Assembly: GCA_903848235.1 (NCBI GenBank)
Contig: CAINFV010000017.1
Location: forward strand, 1-35,596
DNA length: 35,596 nt
Direction: 5' to 3'
DNA from: Chlamydiia bacterium
GTDB lineage: Bacteria; Chlamydiota; Chlamydiia; Chlamydiales; FEN-1388
This document shows, one piece after another, positions 1-9,951 of this stretch. The position numbers and the translations under genes are program-made. Each line of letters begins with the position of its first letter. Position 1 is the stretch's first letter. The notes beneath the pieces are model-generated. The model searched no databases. It was not told the origin of the DNA and worked only from the letters and a program-made list of their open reading frames with translations.

Positions 1-81
1 GAACTCGGAGTTCAAGACCGTATTCCGCCTGGATCGCGCCCCGCGCTCTTTGCGGCGGACTTGATTAACCTGGTTAAATGA
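1..81 (+). CDS. Probable 3' end of an upstream gene (partial, ...ELGVQDRIPPGSRPALFAADLINLVK*)
   Basis: Frame 1 is open from base 1 to TGA at 79-81 and is followed by a terminator-like hairpin. Too short to assign a function. Confidence 0.45.
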   Translation, partial: ELGVQDRIPPGSRPALFAADLINLVK

Positions 82-90
82 GACACTAAA

Positions 91-118
91 ATTTTGAATT
101 TTGAATGGTGAATTTTGG
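91..118. repeat. Four degenerate 7-bp tandem repeats (ATTTTGA ATTTTGA ATGGTGA ATTTTGG)
   Basis: Read directly from the sequence. Confidence 0.7.
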
Positions 119-128
119 ATTAAGGTAG

Positions 129-157
129 GGGCGGGTCTTTACGACCCGCCCTTTTTT
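129..157 (+). terminator. Intrinsic terminator (also resembles a GTAG-type REP)
   Basis: Perfect 9-bp stem GGGCGGGTC/GACCCGCCC with a 5-nt loop, followed by T6. Preceded by GTAG. Confidence 0.8.
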
Positions 158-277
158 GTGTACTCACCGACTTCTCTCCTGTCTGATTTTTTCAGTATAT
201 CCAATGTGCCAATTCAAGATCTAGTATTTTTAGCACTCGGAGCGTTAGGCTGCTGATTTGAGAATCTTAGGCCAGTA

Positions 278-420
278 AGAGACTGTAAAAGAATAACATG
301 CGCACATTGAGCAAGGTCGTCGAGATGTCGAGAATTGTAACGAGCCCCATAGCGTACTATGGGCGAGGAGGTGATCCATCAGCGGATCGATGGCCGCCAT
401 ATTATTTTTTTGCAGCCCCT
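278..420. repeat. Palindromic MITE-like element overlapping the ATPase stop codon
   Basis: Imperfect terminal inverted repeats match at 18/23: AGAGACTGTAAAAGAATAACATG vs the reverse complement of the right end, AGGGGCTGCAAAAAAATAATATG. Central hairpin CCCATAG-CGTA-CTATGGG at 346-363. Confidence 0.55.
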
Positions 421-2441
421 AACGTTAAGAGTCTTAAGGCATTCACGCCGACAATCAACGTGCTCCCCTCATGAATAGTCACCGCCACCCACAGAGGAAG
501 GATTCCTTGAAGCGATGATGTTGTACCAATAAGAATGGCCGCACAGGCGATGACCAAATTTTGAATGACAATACGACGCGTCTGTACTGATTTACCAAAA
601 AGCCATGGAATCACAGCAAGATCATTATTCAACAAAACAACATCAGAAGCCTCTCGAGCAGCCGCACTTGACAGCTGTCCCATCGACACCCCAACAGTAG
701 CACGACTCAAAGCAGGGGCATCGTTAATTCCATCTCCTACCATCAAAACCCCCCTCTCACGCGACAAGGCGGCAACGAACTCCACCTTCTGTTCTGGCAG
801 AAGAGCAGAACAGACCTCATCAATCCCTAAAGACGCCCCTATTCTTTGCGCACTTTCAGCATGGTCTCCCGTCAGCATAACCACCTGTTTGCCAAGACCC
901 TTTAACTCATTGACAACATCAGCACTTCCTATTCGAATCGTATCACTCAATACAAAGAGAAACAGCTCGCGATTTTGGATCACAACGGCCGCCACCACCT
1001 TGCCATCGGCCTGCTCAGCGCCCGCAAGTCTTCGAGCCTCTTCATCTCCTTCTCCTAAACGGCGAAGCGCCCCCTCCATGCCTCCGATAAAAATCGATAT
1101 CTCTTTTCCGTCATCATGGATTGTACCCAAAACCCCTTCCCCAGGGATGACCTGGACATGATCAACATCGAGGAGCGGCAGTTGTTTCAATGAAAAGGCA
1201 TCGACAATGGCACGCGCCACTGGATGCACAGCATGGCGCTCCACAGAGGCAGCATAGGAAAGCACCTTCTCGTCTGACATGGTAGATCCACCTGTCAATG
1301 CCAACACTTTCTCTACTTCAAGCCGCCCTTCCGTTAGCGTCCCCGTTTTATCAAACGCCACCGCACCGCACACCCTCACACGATCTAAAATCATACTCCC
1401 CTTCAAAATAGCGCCCTTCCTCGCTGAAGCGCCAAGAGCACTTAAATAGGTGATAGGAACGGCCAAGATAAGCGCACAAGGCGAAGCTGTGATAAGAAAG
1501 CTAATGGCCCGTACAACCCCTCCCTCATCGCCATAGAAAGGGATGTTTAGCACCAGAGGAAAGAACACCATCAAAAAAAACGTTATTCCTATCACGCACA
1601 TTGCATATATCCGCCCATACCGATCAAACGTCTGCGACAGTTTTGGCTTCGAGCTATGCGCCCTTGTGATCAGCCCTATCAGTTTTGTCACTGTAGAATC
1701 ATGACCTGTAACCTGAACCTCCACCTCTATAGACCCGTCAAGGATGCGGGCGCCAGAAGCGATGGCCTGGGATACCCCAACAAAGAGCGGCCGACTCTCT
1801 CCCGTCATATGTGCCATGGAAACCGACGCCTGCCCCTTCCGAACCACACCGTCGAGAGGAACGACCTCTCCTGCCCGAACAGCAATCGTCTCTCCTACTT
1901 TCACGTCATCAACAGCACGCTCTAACAGCTGCCCCCCACTTTCAACAACATAGGCTTTTGTCGGAGCGATCTCATTGATAGCGCACAAAGTACTCTTTGC
2001 CTTCAGCGTCACAAGATCCTCAAGCGATGCGGCAAGGGTAAAGAGAACAAGCAACAAGGCGCCTTCCATCGGACTTCCTATAGCCAACGCCCCAAAAGCT
2101 GCCGAGGTATTCAGAACGTCGATGTTCACATCATGACGCACCAGGACATCATCTACAGCGGCAATAAGAAATGGGGTGCCAGCCAAAAGATAGACAAACG
2201 AGAGGGGGATTGGCCAGAACGGCTCAGCGATATAGAACCGAAAAAACCATGACATGCCAAGAAGGATGGCAGACGCAACAGCGCTTTTGAGAGCTATGTT
2301 CCTGCTAATACGCTTCGCCCGAGCGTCAAGAAAAGGGCTAGCACTCTCTTCTTGTCCGAGCTCAAAAAATCGCTGAAAACTGCTGACACGACGACTTAGA
2401 ATCCACGACGGCGTAAAGCGAAAGGGATGCATAAATCTCAT
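402..2441 (-). CDS. cadA: Heavy-metal-translocating P1B-type ATPase (P1B-4-like; chlamydial CadA/ZntA, CT727-like)
   Basis: TGES, SPC, DKTGT, HP, GDGIND and HEGST motifs. No N-terminal CxxC metal-binding domain. Confidence 0.93.
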   Translation of the reverse strand: MRFMHPFRFTPSWILSRRVSSFQRFFELGQEESASPFLDARAKRISRNIALKSAVASAILLGMSWFFRFYIAEPFWPIPLSFVYLLAGTPFLIAAVDDVLVRHDVNIDVLNTSAAFGALAIGSPMEGALLLVLFTLAASLEDLVTLKAKSTLCAINEIAPTKAYVVESGGQLLERAVDDVKVGETIAVRAGEVVPLDGVVRKGQASVSMAHMTGESRPLFVGVSQAIASGARILDGSIEVEVQVTGHDSTVTKLIGLITRAHSSKPKLSQTFDRYGRIYAMCVIGITFFLMVFFPLVLNIPFYGDEGGVVRAISFLITASPCALILAVPITYLSALGASARKGAILKGSMILDRVRVCGAVAFDKTGTLTEGRLEVEKVLALTGGSTMSDEKVLSYAASVERHAVHPVARAIVDAFSLKQLPLLDVDHVQVIPGEGVLGTIHDDGKEISIFIGGMEGALRRLGEGDEEARRLAGAEQADGKVVAAVVIQNRELFLFVLSDTIRIGSADVVNELKGLGKQVVMLTGDHAESAQRIGASLGIDEVCSALLPEQKVEFVAALSRERGVLMVGDGINDAPALSRATVGVSMGQLSSAAAREASDVVLLNNDLAVIPWLFGKSVQTRRIVIQNLVIACAAILIGTTSSLQGILPLWVAVTIHEGSTLIVGVNALRLLTLGAAKK

Positions 2442-3203
2442 CTAAACAAAGATCTCCGTGCATGTGCGGACAAGAACCAAGGTCACCGCCGCCAACATCC
2501 CATTCCATAAAAAGGCAGGAATCACATCATTCTTTTCAAGCCTTGCAAAGACACTACCCATACAAGCTACCAACGCCGTAGAGCAGATCATTACAACCTG
2601 CGAAGAACATCCGATAGCAAACGGAAGAAGGACGATCACCGAGGCAACAACTCCTGCTGCCGCAAAGAGCCCCTGCACAAGAGGATGGGGATTTTCCTCA
2701 AGCCGCAGCCCCATTTCTTCTTGCAACATCACTCGCAACAGGCGATCTTGATCAGCCATCAACACATCAACAACTTTGTCAAGAAGGGGGCCTGAAAACC
2801 CCTTCTCCCCGTACAGCGCCACTAGCTCTTCTCGCTCCTGCGGGCGGTTGGACTCAATTTCTTCTTTTTCCTCTGCAGCAACCCTATGAATTCGCTGCAA
2901 GCGCGACCAGGCCAACGCGGCACCCCGCGCTCCCTTCCAAAACCCCCAGCCAACGAGAAAGCTCACCCCAAGAGCTATTTTTTGTTCTGTAAGGAGCTCA
3001 AAAGCATCGAAGACAAGGAGGGCGCACGCAAAAAGAATCGCCGCCTCCCGAAAGGCATCTAAAAAGGCAAAGAATGGCCCTGGCGCCTCAGCGCCGTGCG
3101 TCTCCCTAGCGGCGGAAATACCGCCGGCCCGCACCTCTGCAATATGTCGAAGTGCCGTTTTCCCTTGAAAATGGTCTTTTTTCTGATCTTGCTGCGGCAT
3201 CAT
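2442..3203 (-). CDS. VIT1/CCC1-family membrane protein (CT728-like)
   Basis: EEIE..PQEREEL..LY..KGF cytosolic insert, EEMGL motif and several TM helices. Start moved to ATG 3203, which has a GAGAGGA RBS. The stop abuts the ATPase start. Confidence 0.8.
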   Translation of the reverse strand: MMPQQDQKKDHFQGKTALRHIAEVRAGGISAARETHGAEAPGPFFAFLDAFREAAILFACALLVFDAFELLTEQKIALGVSFLVGWGFWKGARGAALAWSRLQRIHRVAAEEKEEIESNRPQEREELVALYGEKGFSGPLLDKVVDVLMADQDRLLRVMLQEEMGLRLEENPHPLVQGLFAAAGVVASVIVLLPFAIGCSSQVVMICSTALVACMGSVFARLEKNDVIPAFLWNGMLAAVTLVLVRTCTEIFV

Positions 3204-3561
3204 ACCCGTAGTTCCTCTCATGATATAAGAAATATTCTGGATTCTACTGAAGTCACCAGTATGGTGGCAATGGGCAACCACGGCAGCAGAGCGATCGTGA
3301 GTTATTTCTTGATATTTCAAACTGAAAACGATATCTAGCGCTTAAAGTAAATATTTTTTATGGTACAATGATGGTTAGGGGGAGGCAGTGCGGAGTATCA
3401 CAGTTACTGCACGCGGTGGGACTTCTTTCCTGCGGGTGGAGGCGCTTTCCACCTTCAATGGTTGGAGCGCAGAGCGCCTCTGAAGAGAATGCCGCACATC
3501 AAGAGTCCCATCCTTCCCCCATTTTTATGCCTACGATGCACAATAGAGAAGGAGAGTTTCT

Positions 3562-6500
3562 ATGGCTACCGGATCGATTTCAGACACCCCTCCTACTGGC
3601 CCTTCTGTTCCTCCAGGAACACCCTTATCAGACATTCTCGACCTCATCAGTACAAGTCAAGCGGCGTATAATGCTGCCTTACTAACCTACAATAACGCCA
3701 AAGACACCTATACTGCCTTTGTAAACGACGCTAATGCCAAGTATCTCGCCTATCAACAAACTCCTACTCAACAAACACTCGATGATTACACAGCCGCTGT
3801 TACCGCACTCGCCGCACCTACCTTAGCATGGCAGCTGGCAGTCGTTGAGTTAAATAGCGCCTCCACAACGTACGTAACAAACTTGGCTTACCAACAAATC
3901 TATTATGCCCAGACAAGCGATTCGACAATCACTACCGCACTCACCAGTATTCTCGGCCAATCAGTGCCGTCGTCAACACCGCTAGGACAGCGAATTCCTG
4001 TGTTCCCATGGCTATCGAGCTCGCAAATAGATGCCTTGACGGCTATTGCAGTAACCAATGCTCCCGCCACACAACTGAAAACGGTACTGCACAATTTGCT
4101 GACCGCATTTCTCAACTACAGAAATATCTATTGGCGGTTGGCCAGCGATAACGATTCGCTCGCTCACCTCGACGCTAACAGGACGGCAGCCTATCATGAC
4201 CTTAACCTAGCTATCGCAGGAGTTTCCGGCTACGACCTCACTGATTGTCAAACAGCTTATGACACTGCACAATTCCAATACGACACGATGCACACTCAGC
4301 TCACAACGGATCTAGGGACAGCACTTACGTTGAGTACTGCTCTCAACAGCAGCATCTCAGCATATGAGGCAACGTATGAAGCCGTAAAAAATCTCGGGAC
4401 CCCTCTTCCTGCACTAGACCTGACGGTGCAGACTGTCATTGCCTTCTGCGCAAACTGGACGGAGAATGTAGTACACGCAGCCCAAACGGCTGTCTCGACG
4501 GCACTCCAGGATGCTATGAATGCACTCGTCTTTGCCAATCAGGAGTTGGTAGCGAATTTTAACGCCGACTACGCCGCCTCCCACCCTGGACTTTCTCCTG
4601 AATCCATCACACAAATCTTGAGCCAGCTTGCTGCCGTTCAAGCAGCCCTCACCACCGCTGGAGTCTACCTTGTAGAATCCATAACTACCCCGACACTTCC
4701 TGCATCATCGTCTTCGATGTCTATGATGGAGCTCATGGGAATCTTAGGGCAGGCAGAACTCACCTCAGAAGAGGTGATCCGACGCGCTGCTGATTCAGAA
4801 CATCAGATTACCGCCATGCGCCTTCAGTTCGCTATCAGCCACCTCATGCTGTTTGCCAACGAGCTTGCCGCCCTCCAAGATTGGTCTAATGAATTGATAA
4901 AAGCGCAAATCGATTTTAATGCGCAGATAGAAATCAATAACGGACAAACGTACGACAGCCTCGTCGCCACATATACGACATACCAAAATAACATTTCTGT
5001 AATTAACGGCGTCATCGACCAAGTCAACCAAGAAATTGAGGCCGAAAATGCTCGTGGACAGGCTCTTGTCGACGCCGCCAATGCCATGGACCCAGCTATT
5101 GTTAGCGCTATTTTTAGTGAGCAAATTTCAGTTTCTGAGGCCCCAGATTACCTCCTCGACCATCTTACTGGAATAGCAACAACTCCCCCTACTCCTTCAG
5201 AACCACTTGTCTTTACGCCAATCCCACTCTTTGATCATGTGACACTCGCAGATCTCCCAGCCCCACCATACACTACATACCCTGGACGAGCTACTCTTGA
5301 TACCAACTTATTAGCTCCATTTAACCAAGCCATCACAGCCTTCCTCGTAAAAATCGCTCCTTTTACCGACTTAGTAGAGCAAGCGCTACAAACCGCAACC
5401 TCTGCGACAACTCCTCCTGTTCTCTCAAATTTTCTCCTAGAGTCATTTCTGCCTGTTGAAGACCTGATGACGAAAGCACTGATGCTGAATGTCTCTTTCG
5501 ATTTGCTCTATAGCTTCCTCTCGCAAACAACCCTCTCAGGGATAAGTACCAAAAGCCAAAAAAGCGCAACAGAAGATCTCGAGGAACAGCTCGAACAGAT
5601 TCTTGGTTTCTTTGGCGGGGCAACAGGCGCCACTGGCGGTATTGGCCTTGGAGGAAGCCTGCTAGCGTCTGCAGGGGCGTTTGGCGCTGCCCTGAGCCAA
5701 GTGGTAAACTCTTCTATTTTTCTGAATAGTATACAACTCATCGTAGAACGTGCCTCTATGCTCGCTGGCCTTCAGGTAGCAGGTTCCCTTCCAGGAATTC
5801 TCGGGCAGCTCACCAATAAAAATATGACATTAGCCGACCTTCTTGAACTTCGAGGAGAAACGACTGGCGAAGATATTGAAACACAGACAAAGGCAGAGCT
5901 TGTGAACGCCCTTATCCAGCAGCTTGCCCTTGCTGCCGGCACTCAAGGTGCTCTGAGCACAAGCGCCATCGACATCCTTCAGAATTTCCCATCACTGTCA
6001 AGTCTCTCAAAAGAGGCGTTGGGCCAACTGATTTCAGGGCTGGTGACGATGCAACAGATGGTACTGCTGAACATAGTGACAATGTTAGGAGTTGCGATGG
6101 GGCTAACCCCAGCACAGATGGCAACTGCCATTTTCGGCTCAGCGGATGCTAGCACCGCCGATATGATCTCTCGCTTCATGGGCCTCGGACTTCCGCAGAC
6201 ACTGGCAATACAGCTAGCGTCACAAGTCGTTGGGTACGATGAACTACAAATCGCTCTTTCTGCCCTTGGCTTTGATCCAACGACACGAACGATGTTGATG
6301 GCCATTATTGCCGCCTCTCAAGGCAACATCCCGCTGTCAGAAGGGGCCCCTGGTGGCCCAGCCTTCCTTGACACGCTTCTTTCAGCGCTCAAGGACAGGG
6401 GAATCACCATGACGGTCAATATCAACAGCCCAGACTTTCTCAAAGAACTCTACAGTCAGCTGTCGATCACTGCCACTTTGCAGCAACAGTCAGTTCTTAA

Positions 6501-7278
6501 AACATACCTGTTAGGATATACTTCACAACCAGCGATAGGCCCGACACCTTCTCCCGTCGAACAAGCAGCTGCTGCAATCGACGAAGTATCGAGAAGGCTT
6601 CAATCAATCTTCACAGCTCCGGCGCTTCCAATTTCGGAATCCACGCCCGTTGTCCCTGTCAAACCAAGTGCGATTCTTTCAAAGTATGAGACGTGGTATT
6701 CCCCTCTTTCTCCTGATTTAAAAAGCGAGCTACTAGCAGCCGTCGCCAATGAGCCTGCATTAGCGGGGATCACTGGTGTTTCGAGCGATCAAAAGGCAGC
6801 GCTGATGCTCGCTATGCGACTAGGTGTCATTACGGCACCAGAGGCAACGTCGCTGCTCATGCTAGTCGTTAAAGAGGCAAAAGCAACGGCTCTTGGCGCG
6901 GAATTGTCCTTGTCAAAACTCGAAACCAATTTGGTCACCCGCCTTTTTACACCCACCCCCGAAGAATTACGCCAAAGGGAAGAAGCTATACGACGAGAGA
7001 TCAACGCCCCTTACCAAGCTCCATTTACGCTTCCTCCTCAAGTCCTAGACCAGGTCAGCATATCGTTTCGAAAGTTTTTCAATAATTTGTCTGATCAAAG
7101 CAGGACTACACAGGCATATGAAGCATTTGCAAAAACGATTCCGTGGTTAGGCAATTTTAACAAAATATTCCTTGATCATATTATAAATCCTGGATACTCC
7201 GTCATGCGCCAATTGTCTCCATATATGCGAACAGCGCAAGATAGGATGCCACAATCAAAAATCACTCTTACAGGCTAG
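3562..7278 (+). CDS. Large Ala/Thr/Ser/Gln-rich helical hypothetical protein; candidate type III secretion substrate
   Basis: 1238-aa ORF with an AAGGAG RBS, an S/T/P-rich N-terminus, no Sec signal peptide and coiled-coil-like stretches. Confidence 0.8.
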   Translation: MATGSISDTPPTGPSVPPGTPLSDILDLISTSQAAYNAALLTYNNAKDTYTAFVNDANAKYLAYQQTPTQQTLDDYTAAVTALAAPTLAWQLAVVELNSASTTYVTNLAYQQIYYAQTSDSTITTALTSILGQSVPSSTPLGQRIPVFPWLSSSQIDALTAIAVTNAPATQLKTVLHNLLTAFLNYRNIYWRLASDNDSLAHLDANRTAAYHDLNLAIAGVSGYDLTDCQTAYDTAQFQYDTMHTQLTTDLGTALTLSTALNSSISAYEATYEAVKNLGTPLPALDLTVQTVIAFCANWTENVVHAAQTAVSTALQDAMNALVFANQELVANFNADYAASHPGLSPESITQILSQLAAVQAALTTAGVYLVESITTPTLPASSSSMSMMELMGILGQAELTSEEVIRRAADSEHQITAMRLQFAISHLMLFANELAALQDWSNELIKAQIDFNAQIEINNGQTYDSLVATYTTYQNNISVINGVIDQVNQEIEAENARGQALVDAANAMDPAIVSAIFSEQISVSEAPDYLLDHLTGIATTPPTPSEPLVFTPIPLFDHVTLADLPAPPYTTYPGRATLDTNLLAPFNQAITAFLVKIAPFTDLVEQALQTATSATTPPVLSNFLLESFLPVEDLMTKALMLNVSFDLLYSFLSQTTLSGISTKSQKSATEDLEEQLEQILGFFGGATGATGGIGLGGSLLASAGAFGAALSQVVNSSIFLNSIQLIVERASMLAGLQVAGSLPGILGQLTNKNMTLADLLELRGETTGEDIETQTKAELVNALIQQLALAAGTQGALSTSAIDILQNFPSLSSLSKEALGQLISGLVTMQQMVLLNIVTMLGVAMGLTPAQMATAIFGSADASTADMISRFMGLGLPQTLAIQLASQVVGYDELQIALSALGFDPTTRTMLMAIIAASQGNIPLSEGAPGGPAFLDTLLSALKDRGITMTVNINSPDFLKELYSQLSITATLQQQSVLKTYLLGYTSQPAIGPTPSPVEQAAAAIDEVSRRLQSIFTAPALPISESTPVVPVKPSAILSKYETWYSPLSPDLKSELLAAVANEPALAGITGVSSDQKAALMLAMRLGVITAPEATSLLMLVVKEAKATALGAELSLSKLETNLVTRLFTPTPEELRQREEAIRREINAPYQAPFTLPPQVLDQVSISFRKFFNNLSDQSRTTQAYEAFAKTIPWLGNFNKIFLDHIINPGYSVMRQLSPYMRTAQDRMPQSKITLTG

Positions 7279-7297
7279 CAAAAGGACACTGAAAGTT

Positions 7298-8728
7298 ATG
7301 AGTACTCTTGGAGCGGTGAGCGGCGGCTCAAGCTATTGGCCCTGGTTCGGAGTCCTTCCATCAGTGATGGGAGACAAGGAAGTCTATGGAAGCCTTTTAT
7401 CGTCCGTCTCTCAATCTCCCTGGCTTTCAGTCAGCGAGAAAGAGCGCATCGAGCAGCTTCTTCTCTCAGGATCTTTAGTCATCCCTCCGCCACAAATTAA
7501 CATCGCCCTTTTTCAGAATATTGCTCTCAATTTCCAAGATTTCTTTAATATTGGCCTCGTCACAAGTGTTGGAGGGCTGGGGGCGTTTGGCGTTGTCGAA
7601 AGCGCCATCACATTAGCAGCTCTTGGTTCATGGGCGAAGTCAAAGGACTATTCCGAAAGCGACCTTGTCCAAGCTCTTCGTTCTGGAAATACGGTAAATC
7701 CCTTTGAAGCAGTATTAAAGGAATATATTGAGCATGGGAAGATCGTTGGCGTTGACGCTCTGACAATGCAAATGTTACTCCGACAATTGGCAGCTCTTCA
7801 GGCAGCACTGAAAACAGTTCCTTCAGATACTGTTCTCAAAGCCTTTCTTCTTGCACAGCAACAGCTTGTCATTGCTCTTCTCCAAAAATGGAGCGATTCA
7901 CTGAGCGAACTAGCTGAACTCCAAAAAGAGGCCATGAAAAAACAAGATCTACAGAATGCCGAAAAGATGAGGCAGATACTCTCATCCTACATCCAAAAGG
8001 CGCTGGTAGAACAAGAAGGCGTCAAACAACCATCTCTCTCCGTCCTCTTCGGCGCACTTTTCATTGATGCTGCCATGATGACGACCATAGCAACTCTCAT
8101 CCCTATATCAGCGATAGGCGGCGCCGCAGCTCTCCCAGGCTCAGTAGCAGCGACCTTGAGCGTTCTCTCTGCTGGTATTCTTGCCTCAACATTGATGTGG
8201 TCAGCTCCGATAGCAATGTCAATCACGACTCACCCTCCTGGGATCTCTGACCCTCAAGTCCAGAAAGATGCAGCATCAGCGTTTGCCTTGACTATGGCCT
8301 CAATGGTAAACAATCCCCAATTTGATGAACTTCTCCATACAAGCTTAAGCCAAGCAGTCGCCAGGGGGGAGATCACCCAAAGCAAGGGAGAAACCATCTC
8401 TGCGACCTTTAAGGCATCACTGCTTCTGGTCGGGATGGCTCTTCTCTACAAATCGAATATGGGCGGGGTGTCAGGAAAAGAACTCAGAGCCGTCATCACA
8501 GGTGAAATTACCGTCGGACCGAATGATTTTCTTGGGGTGCTGGCAAAACTGATTAACGAACAGCTTGCCAAAATAGATCCAAAAGACAGGGATAAGGTAC
8601 TCGACGACTTGGTCGCTCCCTATGATGAATCCCTGTCCATAGAACAGCTCGTCAGCCCATTGAGCTGCTTTATCGCGGGATGGAATCCCCGGTGTATACG
8701 GGAGTCTTCTTTAGCAAACGCTGGCTAA
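7298..8728 (+). CDS. Hypothetical protein with a coiled coil and a long hydrophobic segment; candidate T3SS translocator-like or effector protein
   Basis: 476-aa ORF starting 19 bp after the previous gene, with an AAGGA RBS. About 60 uncharged or hydrophobic residues at ~8036-8224. Confidence 0.8.
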   Translation: MSTLGAVSGGSSYWPWFGVLPSVMGDKEVYGSLLSSVSQSPWLSVSEKERIEQLLLSGSLVIPPPQINIALFQNIALNFQDFFNIGLVTSVGGLGAFGVVESAITLAALGSWAKSKDYSESDLVQALRSGNTVNPFEAVLKEYIEHGKIVGVDALTMQMLLRQLAALQAALKTVPSDTVLKAFLLAQQQLVIALLQKWSDSLSELAELQKEAMKKQDLQNAEKMRQILSSYIQKALVEQEGVKQPSLSVLFGALFIDAAMMTTIATLIPISAIGGAAALPGSVAATLSVLSAGILASTLMWSAPIAMSITTHPPGISDPQVQKDAASAFALTMASMVNNPQFDELLHTSLSQAVARGEITQSKGETISATFKASLLLVGMALLYKSNMGGVSGKELRAVITGEITVGPNDFLGVLAKLINEQLAKIDPKDRDKVLDDLVAPYDESLSIEQLVSPLSCFIAGWNPRCIRESSLANAG

Positions 8729-8744
8729 GGAAGGTTTTTTTCAA

Positions 8745-9695
8745 TTATCGAATCTTCAAAACAATTTTCCCACAGGTGTGTCCGGAGCGATTTTTTTCTA
8801 ACGCTATGGCAGCCTCTTCAAGCTTCATTTCCAGAATGCTGGGGGGCTTCACTTTGCCTTGCGTCACAAGGTCGGAAATCTGTTGTAACTGAGAACCATT
8901 TGGCTCAACAAACATCGAGTAACAACGAATGTTGTTTGGCCAGCGGGTGGCAGGATCTATCATCTCCACCATGGTCACCAAACGGCCATTTGATTTGAGA
9001 ACATTCAAACTTTGTTGACGAGTCGATCCCCCAATGGTATCGATCACAAGGTCAACTCCTTCAGGAATATTTTTTTTTATCGAATCTACAAAATTTTCTT
9101 TTTGATAGTCGATGACCGCGTCCGCCCCAAGAGTTTTCACGTACGAATGGTTTTTCGATGATGCCGTTGTGATGACACGAGCGCCTGCGTTTTTTGCTAA
9201 TTGGATGGCAATACTCCCAACGCCTCCCGATCCGGCATGGATGAGAACCGTCTCTCCCTTTCTAAGCCCTCCAATATCAAAAAGCGCCTGCCATGCGGTA
9301 AGGCCAGCCAGAGGAATGGAAGAGGCTTGAGCAAAGGTCAGGCTTTTCGGCTTCAAAGCGACCTGCTTCTCGTCGACACAGACATACTCAGCATAGGTTC
9401 CCCATTTCACTGTTGGCTTACGGCAATAGGCAAATACCTGATCACCAACTGAAAAATTTCGGACCTTCTTCCCCACAGCTTTCACAACGCCAGCCGCATC
9501 CCAGCCTAAGATAATAGGAAACTCATGTGGCAACATCGACTTGAGCTCACCTTCACAAATCTTCCAATCCACTGGATTGACAGCAGCATCTTCGATGGCA
9601 ATTTGCACTTCATTATCCAAAGGCTCTGGCGTGGGCACTTGAGAAATCTTTACTTGATTGATTCCACCAAAGTTTTCAATAGTAACAGCTTTCAC
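8745..9695 (-). CDS. NADP-dependent oxidoreductase, MDR/quinone-oxidoreductase family
   Basis: VNPVDWK, ILGWDAAG and HAGSGGVG nucleotide-binding motifs, with GKIVL near the C-terminus. Start reassigned to GTG 9695 with an AGAGGT RBS. Confidence 0.9.
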   Translation of the reverse strand: MKAVTIENFGGINQVKISQVPTPEPLDNEVQIAIEDAAVNPVDWKICEGELKSMLPHEFPIILGWDAAGVVKAVGKKVRNFSVGDQVFAYCRKPTVKWGTYAEYVCVDEKQVALKPKSLTFAQASSIPLAGLTAWQALFDIGGLRKGETVLIHAGSGGVGSIAIQLAKNAGARVITTASSKNHSYVKTLGADAVIDYQKENFVDSIKKNIPEGVDLVIDTIGGSTRQQSLNVLKSNGRLVTMVEMIDPATRWPNNIRCYSMFVEPNGSQLQQISDLVTQGKVKPPSILEMKLEEAAIALEKNRSGHTCGKIVLKIR

Positions 9696-9906
9696 CCAAC
9701 ACCTCTTTGTCTTTGGCCTAGGATAACAACACAAACTCAATCCACAAACTTTTTTCGAAAATGCTAAAGTCCAGGTCAACACTACACTTTCCGATAAAAC
9801 TCTTCAAATGGATTGCTGCGTCCATATCAGCCCTCCTCGCTTCTTCTCCTGAACCAAGTTTTCAAAAAAACACTTCAGCGATTTGAGACTGCAGAATATA
9901 AATCAT

Positions 9907-9943
9907 CCTTGTAATTTGAAAGACGAAGATCACAATTGCAAGG
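9907..9943. promoter_or_regulatory. Inverted repeat, possible operator overlapping the RBS of the ATPase pseudogene
   Basis: CCTTGTAATT...AATTGCAAGG (9/10 complementary) just upstream of ATG 9952. Confidence 0.35.
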
Positions 9944-9951
9944 ATAAGACC

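Noticed and set aside
3222..3315. Possible additional decayed palindrome (AAGAAATA/TATTTCTT)
   Set aside because: Only short AT-rich arms, not distinguishable from chance.
3368..3685. ORFs of 105 aa and 69 aa upstream of the 1238-aa gene
   Set aside because: They overlap the RBS-supported gene in other frames and show no protein-like motifs.
9765..9797. Sigma28-like TAAAG...CCGATAA
   Set aside because: The spacer is 21 bp, too long for sigma28.
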